The position numbers and the translations under genes are program-made. From a virus (Duplodnaviria > Caudoviricetes): a stretch of 53,823 nt of DNA. Under the pieces are notes generated by a model, which was not told where the DNA came from, ran no database searches, and saw only the letters and a program-made list of their open reading frames with translations. The stretch covers positions 1-53,823 of the IMG/VR virus record IMGVR_UViG_3300024982_000001; one strand, 5' to 3'. This document shows positions 7,775 to 16,569 of the stretch, one piece after another (position 1 is the stretch's first letter; each line of letters opens with the position of its first letter).

Positions 7775-9031
7775 ATGAAAAAAACATTCAACAGCTGCAC
7801 TCGAACAGAATTATGGGCTTCTCCGCCTGACTGGGAAACAACCACTTCAAAAGCATCTTTAAAGAAAATTTGGTCCGTCCAATGTGACTTCTATGACCCT
7901 AGTTTCAAAAAAAAGTATCCAAGGGGATTTCCCTATCGTAAAAAGTTCAACAAACAAACAACTGTCGAAGGAAGGAGAGCTGTCATTAAGTTGATGCTGT
8001 CCGAAATTCAGAAACTACTTGACGATAAAGGTTACAATCCAATTACAAAGAAATTCATGGCTCCGGAAGTTAAACCGTTGACGGGATCGTTACATCAGAA
8101 ACTCAATTTTATTGAGGCGCTGCGGATAAACTATTTGACCTTGACATGTTCTCCTGGTGTTAAAAGAGAAATGAAGCGCATTATCCGAAAAGTTGAAACC
8201 TCAGCTGTCGAATTAAAGATTGAATTTACAATCTTTGAAATGCATAGTGGCCATGTTCGTGATTTATTGGATAACCTCAACTTAACGCCAAACGAATACA
8301 ACAAGTATCTAACTCATTTATCAATTATCCTTTCCGATTTGGTAGAAAAGCGCATGTTGTTTCACAATCCTATTCGAGATATCAAGAAGAAAAAGACAAC
8401 CAAAAAACTGCGGGAAACTCTCGAAATCTCGGAACTTCAACAAATATTTGATTACTTGAAAGTCAATCATTATTCGTTTTATAGATACGGAATGATTTTC
8501 TTTCATTCAGGATCCAGGAGCTCCGAACTTTTCAGACTGCAGGAGAAAGATGTAAATCTTGGAAAGCAGGAATACAAATTGACAATAAGAAAAGGCAGCT
8601 ACTATAAAGAAGTATTGAAGCCGATTTTGTTGAATGTCATTCCTTATTGGACCGAGATACTTGCTTTAAGCAATAATCCAACAGATTATTTGTTTACTCG
8701 TGGATTGGCGCCATCGGAAACACCAACACAACCATATCAAATTACAAAACGATGGAAGCGATTAATAAAAGACAAAATGTGCTTCAAGGATGGTGAGTTG
8801 ATTGAGATTAAAAGCCTGGAGAAAGGCGATAAGAATTTCGAGAGAATCACCGCCGATTTTTACAGCTTGAAACATTTATTCCTTGATGAATTAGATAAGT
8901 TTTCAAGTCTTGCTGGTACCATTGCCGGACATACTACTGATGTGACTGAAAGAGTTTATTTAATTGGTAGGGAAGGACGTAAGAATGAAGCTTTGAAGAA
9001 TATTCAAATCAATGTTCTAACCTCAGCATAA
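7775..9031 (+). CDS. int: Tyrosine integrase
   Basis: HSGSRSSEL (catalytic R), YSLKH, AGH and a C-terminal Tyr (ERVY); adjacent to attP. Confidence 0.9.
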   Translation: MKKTFNSCTRTELWASPPDWETTTSKASLKKIWSVQCDFYDPSFKKKYPRGFPYRKKFNKQTTVEGRRAVIKLMLSEIQKLLDDKGYNPITKKFMAPEVKPLTGSLHQKLNFIEALRINYLTLTCSPGVKREMKRIIRKVETSAVELKIEFTIFEMHSGHVRDLLDNLNLTPNEYNKYLTHLSIILSDLVEKRMLFHNPIRDIKKKKTTKKLRETLEISELQQIFDYLKVNHYSFYRYGMIFFHSGSRSSELFRLQEKDVNLGKQEYKLTIRKGSYYKEVLKPILLNVIPYWTEILALSNNPTDYLFTRGLAPSETPTQPYQITKRWKRLIKDKMCFKDGELIEIKSLEKGDKNFERITADFYSLKHLFLDELDKFSSLAGTIAGHTTDVTERVYLIGREGRKNEALKNIQINVLTSA

Positions 9032-9039
9032 ATAGAAAA

Positions 9040-9065
9040 CCCTGCGCTATACCACAAGCGCAGGG
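9040..9065. terminator. Hairpin between the convergent int and lysis genes
   Basis: ccctgcgct...agcgcaggg, 9-bp stem. Confidence 0.7.
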
Positions 9066-9110
9066 AATTCACTAATTAACTAACCAAATTAATTATCGTT
9101 TAAACATTAA

Positions 9111-9524
9111 TTATCCTCCACATGAACCTCCCCATGAGGTGGTTACCCAATAAACACATTCGCAAGAATGGTCTACAATCATATACGCTCCTACTGTTCC
9201 AGGTTCTACAATATTCATGTGATAAGTACGAATTCCATTAGTATATACTCCGTCACCGCACTCCCAATAGTTTAGCGTTACTGGCCTTTTCATTTGAGCG
9301 TCCTCGAAATATGACGGTGCCGACCAGTTGATTTTGGTTTTGGAATCGCTGTTGAAATAAACATAAAAGACGATTTCCCTATCGTTATTGGTAACGGGTA
9401 CCGCGAGTTCTGTTTCTTCTCTAAAAACATTTTCGCTTTGTGTTTTTTCATTAGTACAACTTACATTTACAAAAGAAGTTGCAATTGCTAATCCAAAGAT
9501 TAGACTTAAAAATGTTTTTTTCAT
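9111..9524 (-). CDS. Hypothetical exported or lipoprotein-like protein
   Basis: Signal peptide ending in VSC; Cys-rich C-terminus. Confidence 0.6.
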   Translation of the reverse strand: MKKTFLSLIFGLAIATSFVNVSCTNEKTQSENVFREETELAVPVTNNDREIVFYVYFNSDSKTKINWSAPSYFEDAQMKRPVTLNYWECGDGVYTNGIRTYHMNIVEPGTVGAYMIVDHSCECVYWVTTSWGGSCGG

Positions 9525-9571
9525 TATTGTTGAATTTTAATTTTGCCTACTCTTTAGCTTTTCGGCATCCG

Positions 9572-10309
9572 CTATTTTTTAATACTAAATATCGACTTAC
9601 TAACTCCTAAATAAATCCTAGTATCGGTATCAAAAGAAGTCTTTATCATTGTACTTTCTCCAATCTGAAAATCTAAATTTGCCTTTGCATTGAATTTATC
9701 AAATGATTTTCTCATGCCGGCTTCAAGTCCTCCCCATAATGCAAATGCAGTCTTTTTCTCTTTAGGTAGTGTAAATTCGTAATCAAGTTTTAATCTCTCT
9801 GGAGCACCTCTTGATATTCCACTTACTGTAGCATTCAAACTGAAGCCCAAAGTATCTTTTTTGAATATGTGTGAGAATTCTACAGACTTGCAATCACTGT
9901 ATAGCTTCTGAAAGTATTTGTCGTTTGTGGCTTGCGCTAAACTATCAAGTACATTATTCGCAACAATAAGGCTGTCATTTTCTGATTTGGTTAGATTGTA
10001 AAGCTTCCGGAATTTAGTCACTCCAGAACTATCGATAATAGTTTTAAAGCTATCATGAATAATTTGTAGTTCTGGCAATGGCCTTACTTCTGATGGCTTA
10101 ACTACTACAGCAGGAAATGAGCCTTTAGTAACTATAGGTTTGCTTGGTTTACTCAATAACCACCACACAAAGGAAGTTAATAGTATAGCCAATATTACTG
10201 CTAGTATAAGCGTTCTGTTGGCATCGGTTCTGTTAATTTCTGTTGTCATAGGTTTATTTTTTTCTAACCAATCGTCAATAATGTTGTTTTTTGGAAATTC
10301 CAAACTCAT
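9572..10309 (-). CDS. Membrane-anchored lysis accessory protein (spanin-like)
   Basis: N-terminal TM, a helical middle and amphipathic beta strands at the C-terminus; directly after the endolysin. Confidence 0.5.
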   Translation of the reverse strand: MSLEFPKNNIIDDWLEKNKPMTTEINRTDANRTLILAVILAILLTSFVWWLLSKPSKPIVTKGSFPAVVVKPSEVRPLPELQIIHDSFKTIIDSSGVTKFRKLYNLTKSENDSLIVANNVLDSLAQATNDKYFQKLYSDCKSVEFSHIFKKDTLGFSLNATVSGISRGAPERLKLDYEFTLPKEKKTAFALWGGLEAGMRKSFDKFNAKANLDFQIGESTMIKTSFDTDTRIYLGVSKSIFSIKK

Positions 10310-10313
10310 TTTT

Positions 10314-10835
10314 TTAATCCTCTTTATCTGAAATTAAGCCATCTCCATTCACTTTTATAACCCTTACGTTACTTGGTTGGGCAACGCTCCATTTCGTTCT
10401 TCTTGCTCCTAATAAACGAACTCTCGGAACTCTTTTGATGGATACTTCATCGCCTTGATTTCCTCCTAAAACATGATAGCATTTATCATCTTCACCAACG
10501 TAAATTCCAACGTGTCCGGAATTTGCTCCACGACTGAAAATCAAAATATCACCAAGCATGGCTTTTTCTTCTTCTGTTCCAAAGTTCAGCCAATTCCTTG
10601 CCCAAAGAGGATTTTTCACAGGCTCTTTACCTGCCATAAAACAAGCGTAAGCCACAAATAAACCACACCATGGAATTTCATCTGCAGTGTATGTATTTTT
10701 CAATCCCAATTTTTGAGCCCAAGCCAAAAGAGTAGGATTGCTTTCTTTTCCTAAAGTTTCTTTGATGCCTATAAGCTTATAGGCTTCTACTAATAATTTA
10801 GGAGCCGTTTCTGTTTTTAAATAATTGTAGTTCAT
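10314..10835 (-). CDS. Endolysin, TIGR02594-like NlpC/P60-CHAP peptidase
   Basis: DEIPWCG (Cys), ARNW, GHVGIY (His) and LGGNQ motifs. Confidence 0.88.
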   Translation of the reverse strand: MNYNYLKTETAPKLLVEAYKLIGIKETLGKESNPTLLAWAQKLGLKNTYTADEIPWCGLFVAYACFMAGKEPVKNPLWARNWLNFGTEEEKAMLGDILIFSRGANSGHVGIYVGEDDKCYHVLGGNQGDEVSIKRVPRVRLLGARRTKWSVAQPSNVRVIKVNGDGLISDKED

Positions 10836-11020
10836 TATTCGTCTTTATTAGTCAAAAGAATATTCACTTTTTTATCAAACTCATTCAGGTTGTGATTGTC
10901 CCGAAGTCTGTATTTATCCAATCTGTCTGATACTGGAATATGTTTGACTTTATATGCAACCTCTGGAGTTTTAAATGACAAACTCATTGCTAAAAACAAA
11001 ATTAAAATTGCGGTTTTCAT
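10835..11020 (-). CDS. Small exported protein in the lysis module
   Basis: Hydrophobic N-terminus; overlaps both neighbours. Confidence 0.55.
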   Translation of the reverse strand: MKTAILILFLAMSLSFKTPEVAYKVKHIPVSDRLDKYRLRDNHNLNEFDKKVNILLTNKDE

Positions 11021-11319
11021 TGCTTTTCATTATTAATTATACTGTCTAATTTTGATACTCGGTCTTTGTAAAATTCATTACGAAAATTGTACATTTTGAT
11101 AAGTTCATTTTCTAATCTTTCAATCTTTTTATCCTTCCGGATATCCTGCTCAATCAATCGTTTTACTTCATTTTCGTGCTGTATATTCAACTGACTAAAA
11201 AACTGGTAACAAACCCAACCTAGGGTAAGAATTATGATAACGGTACCGCCGATTAAACGTTTTCTGTCGTCAAGGTTTATAAATCCAAAAAATAGCTTTG
11301 ATGATTGTGATTGTTGCAT
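11017..11319 (-). CDS. Single-TM coiled-coil protein (holin/antiholin candidate)
   Basis: One TM segment followed by a charged coiled coil, upstream of the endolysin. Confidence 0.5.
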   Translation of the reverse strand: MQQSQSSKLFFGFINLDDRKRLIGGTVIIILTLGWVCYQFFSQLNIQHENEVKRLIEQDIRKDKKIERLENELIKMYNFRNEFYKDRVSKLDSIINNEKQ

Positions 11320-11395
11320 TTAGATTTGAGTTTTGGCATTTATAAAAAGGGCGTGTACTTTAAAAAAAGGCGCAGTAGGTTACGCCCGATTTTAT

Positions 11396-11788
11396 TTACT
11401 TCTTAATTCTTCCGTAACGAGGATCTTCTGGATTTAGCGCATTGATTAATATCGGCAACGCTGTTGCAATTGTGGTATTGATAATGTCTGCCCAATTAAG
11501 ACTTAATAAGGTAGTACCTTCTCCTAACCTGGCAATTATCAATCCTATCGCAATGGTCAATGCGTTTTTGGCAAAGCTCCCTAATACAGTTTGTCCCCAA
11601 ACATTTGAGCCTTGAACCCATTTCCATGCTGCTGGCAAAAATGCCCCAACTCCTGCGCCAATAACATCCCAAAGACGTAAGTCAGTAAACGGATGTCCAT
11701 GTGAGTATTGCAACAATGCAAATACTAAAATACCAGATACAAAGGCTTTTGCCCACGAACCTAAAACTTGTAAAAAAGTGCCTTTCAT
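11396..11788 (-). CDS. Holin-like protein with an internally duplicated 2-TM unit
   Basis: QVLGSWAKA and TVLGSFAKN duplication, 4 hydrophobic segments and a LNPEDPRYG tail. Confidence 0.65.
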   Translation of the reverse strand: MKGTFLQVLGSWAKAFVSGILVFALLQYSHGHPFTDLRLWDVIGAGVGAFLPAAWKWVQGSNVWGQTVLGSFAKNALTIAIGLIIARLGEGTTLLSLNWADIINTTIATALPILINALNPEDPRYGRIKK

Positions 11789-11817
11789 TTTTTCTATTTA
11801 TTTAAAGGGTTAAAAAT

Positions 11818-12633
11818 TTAATTTTGTGAGTATTGGAATATTCGATTTGATGGTAATACCGTTGGAGGATATGGCGAACCTGCATCATTAGCACTCCAAC
11901 TCACAGTACTTGAACTTAATTTCCCATTACTATTGTTTGGGTAGTTTGGATTAGGCTCAATTATATTTGCATTACTAAATTTAGGCACTCCTCTAGTTGT
12001 CCAATCATTATAAACAAAGATGTTGTTTATAAGTTCTGCTTTTCCTTGAATACCGACTTCTGGAGAAACAATATTAGACTGTCCTACGTTATTACCTGCA
12101 TAAATAAACTGTATCGTTTTGCCATCTAATTTTAAAACAATCTGACAAGTAGCCCTAGACAATGTGAACCCTGAAACAGCTATATCCTGATACTGTATAA
12201 CAAAATCCCCTGACGAATTTAAGCCATAGCGTATTTCAGGAGTTCCGTAATTTGAAGCTACCACATTTGCGCCAAATACACTTACTGTATAATCCCTAGA
12301 CCATGCCTCAAAAGTATTTGCAGTTGGTATTTTTACAGCAGCACTCATTACTTTACTCACGCCAAATGCAGCACTGTATCCATAACCAAACGTTATAAAA
12401 CCATTTGAATAAACCCTACATTTGGTGTAAACATTTCCACAAATAGTGAACGAGAATGGCAATGTGACCTCAACTGAACTATCTACATTAAGTTGAGTGC
12501 CTGTTTGAAATACTGTCCCGCCCGATATAGACGTATAGGTCGTTGGCAATAAAGCAAAAGAAAAGTCTTTTACTTTTTGTTGTCCAAACGCAATTTGTGC
12601 TAATAGCACACATAATAAAATTAGTTTTTTCAT
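11818..12633 (-). CDS. Secreted beta-rich protein
   Basis: Signal peptide MKKLILLCVLLAQIAFG|QQ; LPFSFT...YSNGFITFG resembles nidogen/adhesin-like Bacteroidota surface domains. Confidence 0.65.
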   Translation of the reverse strand: MKKLILLCVLLAQIAFGQQKVKDFSFALLPTTYTSISGGTVFQTGTQLNVDSSVEVTLPFSFTICGNVYTKCRVYSNGFITFGYGYSAAFGVSKVMSAAVKIPTANTFEAWSRDYTVSVFGANVVASNYGTPEIRYGLNSSGDFVIQYQDIAVSGFTLSRATCQIVLKLDGKTIQFIYAGNNVGQSNIVSPEVGIQGKAELINNIFVYNDWTTRGVPKFSNANIIEPNPNYPNNSNGKLSSSTVSWSANDAGSPYPPTVLPSNRIFQYSQN

Positions 12634-12649
12634 TGTATTTAAAGTTTAG

Positions 12650-13006
12650 TTAATAAAAATGTATATAAGTTAGGATTGCGAGAATGCATCCTATAATTCC
12701 CAATACTGTAGCCACCCAAATATCAGGACGGGCATATTTTTTCCAAAAAGGTTCGGTATTGTTACCTGGTTTTATTTGTTTCACTTCAATTACATAGGCA
12801 ACCAAGTAAGAGCCAAATCCGCAAATAAATAATTGGAAAAAATATTGGCTGAAAACAAATCCTGCAAAATTAAAGACAGCATCACGCAAGCCCATAAAAT
12901 TGTAAACATTGCCTACGAATGTGAATGCGTATGTAAATACGATTGAAAGCATGTGCCATTTGCTACCACGCCATAATTCTTTGATATTAGCTTTTAAGTT
13001 TTTCAT
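12650..13006 (-). CDS. 3-TM membrane protein
   Basis: Hydrophobic segments and a DIWVATVLG motif. Confidence 0.6.
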   Translation of the reverse strand: MKNLKANIKELWRGSKWHMLSIVFTYAFTFVGNVYNFMGLRDAVFNFAGFVFSQYFFQLFICGFGSYLVAYVIEVKQIKPGNNTEPFWKKYARPDIWVATVLGIIGCILAILTYIHFY

Positions 13007-13022
13007 TTTTATCTTTGTATTG

Positions 13023-15458
13023 TTAAAACTTAATCACGGTTTTCATAAAATCAATTCCGAAAATAGTTGCATTAGCATTATTGTTGACAGCTCCTTTAAT
13101 TGTAAAAAGTTGGTCAAGTGCAGGGATGTCCGTTGAAATAGTTCTAGTATCACTATAAGCTGTTCCTTTTCTATAAACCGTAAGTGTGCAACTGCTACTT
13201 GAAATTGGAGTTATTTTAATTTTATATACTTCGCCACTATCTACGTTTACAGGGAAATTGGAACCCAAATCAACGGTTGTAGCGGTGCCACTTGCATCAT
13301 TATAAATAACTTGTAAATTATTTGAACCAGATAATCTACATACACCAATAAGATTAGTAAGTGTGTTATATTCTATATTGCTTGTTAATGAGGAAACATC
13401 TGTAAATATTCCTATTATAAATCGTTGTCCCGATGTAGATGACCCTTCGGCTGTACCAAAAGATTGTTCAAAAGAAACTATTGAGCTTGGAATAAAAAGA
13501 CCAGTTGAAATCCTATAATTGTTGACATTACCGGCAGAAGAAGTTGTAAGCATTCCATATCTAGGAGTAGCTGTGTAAGCGTTGGTATTTGTCAAAGTTC
13601 TTGCAGTTCCCGTGCCTACACTTACTGCGGATTGATGCCCGATAACACTTATTGTATTACCTCCAGCAGCCCAAATCATTTCGTGATGGAAAGTATCGAA
13701 AAAGTTATTGGAATCTATTTGTAATTGTACATTACTTGTAATTCCTTTTGTATATGCCAATTCAGTAAGACTTGGATAAGTTGCTATATCGGCACTTTTT
13801 ACGTTGTTCGAAGCATCAATTATAGCAACCCTAGAAGCTGTTTCACTTGAAACAATTATAGCTGGTGTTGTAACCGTTCCTGTAAACGTAGGTCCAGCTA
13901 AATTTGCTTTTAAATCCAATCCTGTATTAACCGCCGTTGCACTTGGAGCAATAGTTGTACTTGCACTTAAACTGTTTTGCACTTTGGCATCAGCATAAGC
14001 TGTAGTAGCTATTTTAGTAGTGTTATCGTTGGCGCTTTGTGTTGGTGCGTTTGGCGTTCCTGTGAATGTTGGAGAAGCCAAATTTGCTTTCAACAAATCT
14101 GCTGTGTCAACGTATGCTGTTGATGCTGCTTTTGTGCTGTTGTCACTAGCCGATTGAGTTCCTACTACTGGATTAGATAAGGTCGGTGATGTTCCGAATA
14201 CTAAAACACCTGTTCCTGTTTCATTGCTAATAGTCGATGCTAATTGAGCAGATGTTGTTGAAGCATTATTTTGGTCTATTCTATTGGCTACTTTTCCAAG
14301 TAATGCCTCAAATGTTGAACTTATATCAATAGCAGGTGTTGTTCCCCCAGTCGATGTAATTCGATTTGTAGTACCTAAAACATCTGTTACCGTCCCAAAT
14401 CCTGATAAGTCTGATAATAAGGCAACCGTTCCATCGTTATCGGGTAATTCCCATTTCCTATCTGCTGTTATATTTTTATAAGACAATCTCGCTTGAAAAA
14501 CATCTGGATAAACATATTTTGAAAAAACTGTTTGAAAATCATCATCTGCTATTGTACTATTTCCAAATAGATTTACATAACTATGAGTATTTAGATTTCC
14601 AGCAGCACTTCCAAAAGCATTAACATCACTTCCAGTATTTGTAAATGCCGATGTATTTCCAAAAGCATTAACATTAATTCCTGTGTTGTAACTACCAGCA
14701 TTAGAACCAAAAGCATTTAAACTTTCTCCGCTATTATTAGTTGCTGCTGACGAACCAAAAGCATTTACCTCATTTCCAGAATCAGATGTTCCTGCACCAG
14801 AACCTTGATGATTTCTGCCGTTTGATAAATTATTATTATTATCTAATACTTGTTGTAAGGTTGGAACTCCACTCAATGCTAATTCCCAAACAGCACTTCC
14901 TGTTGTTGCATCTGTACATTTGTAAACATCTCCAGTAACTAAATTTTTATATGTGGAGCCAACTGCCCATCCTGCAACATCATCATAAGAAGCATCGGGG
15001 ACAACATCATCCATTGTTTCTGCATAGACATTAGTTCCGCCAACAGGACGAAGATACCTTACTCCATTCTCCCATTGGTCTTCTTTATCGGCTACACAAA
15101 CTCTTGAAATACCACCGCCAAAACCATTGTTTACAGTGCCTTTTTTGAGTTTAGCTCCGTTGTCTAGAACTATAGCATCGCCATTTGAAATAATTATATT
15201 TTCACCGTCGGTTTCGTTACCATTCGCTAAAGTTTGTGTTAGTGTTTGAGAACTTCCCCCACCTACAGCATCAACAATAGCTGTAACAAAATCTGACCAA
15301 GCTATCTTACTGGTAATACCGGTAGTGGTATTTCTAACCATAACGTCAGGAGTTCCAGTTGCAGTTGGTACATTAACAATCTTTTGTGGTCCAGAAACCG
15401 TTTGCGCTTTTCCTATAAATGCTACTAATAAAACTAAAAGGCTAAATAATTTTTTCAT
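13023..15458 (-). CDS. Tail-fibre/adhesin-like protein with N-terminal signal peptide
   Basis: KANLASPTFTGTP and TKIATTAY fibre repeats, TLQQVL motifs and five NAFG-type beta-roll repeats. Confidence 0.75.
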   Translation of the reverse strand: MKKLFSLLVLLVAFIGKAQTVSGPQKIVNVPTATGTPDVMVRNTTTGITSKIAWSDFVTAIVDAVGGGSSQTLTQTLANGNETDGENIIISNGDAIVLDNGAKLKKGTVNNGFGGGISRVCVADKEDQWENGVRYLRPVGGTNVYAETMDDVVPDASYDDVAGWAVGSTYKNLVTGDVYKCTDATTGSAVWELALSGVPTLQQVLDNNNNLSNGRNHQGSGAGTSDSGNEVNAFGSSAATNNSGESLNAFGSNAGSYNTGINVNAFGNTSAFTNTGSDVNAFGSAAGNLNTHSYVNLFGNSTIADDDFQTVFSKYVYPDVFQARLSYKNITADRKWELPDNDGTVALLSDLSGFGTVTDVLGTTNRITSTGGTTPAIDISSTFEALLGKVANRIDQNNASTTSAQLASTISNETGTGVLVFGTSPTLSNPVVGTQSASDNSTKAASTAYVDTADLLKANLASPTFTGTPNAPTQSANDNTTKIATTAYADAKVQNSLSASTTIAPSATAVNTGLDLKANLAGPTFTGTVTTPAIIVSSETASRVAIIDASNNVKSADIATYPSLTELAYTKGITSNVQLQIDSNNFFDTFHHEMIWAAGGNTISVIGHQSAVSVGTGTARTLTNTNAYTATPRYGMLTTSSAGNVNNYRISTGLFIPSSIVSFEQSFGTAEGSSTSGQRFIIGIFTDVSSLTSNIEYNTLTNLIGVCRLSGSNNLQVIYNDASGTATTVDLGSNFPVNVDSGEVYKIKITPISSSSCTLTVYRKGTAYSDTRTISTDIPALDQLFTIKGAVNNNANATIFGIDFMKTVIKF

Positions 15459-15468
15459 CTCTCTTTTT

Positions 15469-16197
15469 TTAAAATACTTCTCTTATTGTGTAATTGCTTA
15501 AATCTGTAATTGTTCCTCCATTGAACTTGGCTCTGACTAAATTCCCAACATTTACCGTCCAATCTGCATCCGAATAATCATCTCCTGACCATATTCCCTG
15601 TATTTCATCTCCGTCAATTAAAGCTTCTCCGAAACCATTGCCTTCTGCTTTAAATATTAGATAACTTCCAAAAGGAATTACATTCGATAATGGGAATACA
15701 GCAGGTCCAAAACTATCTTCTGTAACATTGATTTGAGTAACTAAAACGGTATGTAGTGGAATATTTGGTCTCACTGCTATTCCAGTTGTTTCAGTTCCTG
15801 TATATTTTACCAATGTTCCGCTTACAGTAGCTACAATGATGTCTATTCTTGTATTATCTGCTTCAGAAAAAGGAATATTTATAACTGTATCGTCAACTGT
15901 GAAGTAAGTAACTCCGCTAATTTGCCATTGACAACCAGCTGGAATTGTAATGTCATTGCCGTCAATTGTGATTTCACCGATGGATAGTAATTGATCTATG
16001 GAAACTTGTAAGATGCTATTTATTATAGTTTGTATAGCTAGCTTTTCAGAAATTCCATCATTACTAACGTGTAAAAAAGAAGTGGGAACTAATACTGTTT
16101 GTTCATCAAAACCATCGATTGTTTTACCATTAGCAATGATTTCATTGTATTTAGAATTTACTTCTACAACTAACTGTATTAATTGCTCAAAAGTCAT
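15469..16197 (-). CDS. Probable tail-associated structural protein
   Basis: Acidic and beta-rich, with an RIDIIV motif typical of fibre-attachment proteins. Likely start MTFEQ downstream of a -7 element. Confidence 0.6.
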   Translation of the reverse strand: MTFEQLIQLVVEVNSKYNEIIANGKTIDGFDEQTVLVPTSFLHVSNDGISEKLAIQTIINSILQVSIDQLLSIGEITIDGNDITIPAGCQWQISGVTYFTVDDTVINIPFSEADNTRIDIIVATVSGTLVKYTGTETTGIAVRPNIPLHTVLVTQINVTEDSFGPAVFPLSNVIPFGSYLIFKAEGNGFGEALIDGDEIQGIWSGDDYSDADWTVNVGNLVRAKFNGGTITDLSNYTIREVF

Positions 16198-16215
16198 AAT
16201 TGAATGATTTATTGA

Positions 16216-16260
16216 CAAATGTAATAAATATTATTCTTATTTAGTCTAAATAAAAATAAG
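16216..16260 (-). promoter_or_regulatory. Promoter of the fibre/lysis operon with a 35-bp conserved element
   Basis: TACATTTG at 16216-16223; 16226-16260 is identical to 31690-31724. Confidence 0.75.
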
Positions 16261-16314
16261 AAGAAAAAGGCTTTTATTTTTAAACTATTAAAATATGATT
16301 GCCTAAATTTGCGT

Positions 16315-16515
16315 ATGTGGTTTATAATAGGATTTTTTGTGGTATGTGTAGGAGGTTGTTATTTGATTTTCAAATCAATTGGCGAAGCTATTTTTGGGAA
16401 ATCTGAAAATAAGCCAATATACATTGATCAATCAGTAAACCATCATTACCACGATAATAGAACCATTCATGTCGATGGAGAAACTTTCAAAGGAATGAAG
16501 AAAGAAATAAAATGA
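16315..16515 (+). CDS. Moron-like small membrane protein
   Basis: MWFIIGFFVVCVGGCYLIF...; TAAATTTG at 16304-16311 upstream and a terminator downstream. Confidence 0.65.
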   Translation: MWFIIGFFVVCVGGCYLIFKSIGEAIFGKSENKPIYIDQSVNHHYHDNRTIHVDGETFKGMKKEIK

Positions 16516-16542
16516 AAACCCGCTAATTAAAGCGGGTTTTTT
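16515..16542. terminator. Bidirectional intrinsic terminator
   Basis: aaaacccgct-aattaa-agcgggtttttt. Confidence 0.85.
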
Positions 16543-16569
16543 AATTAAGGCGAATCGCCACAATTAGAT

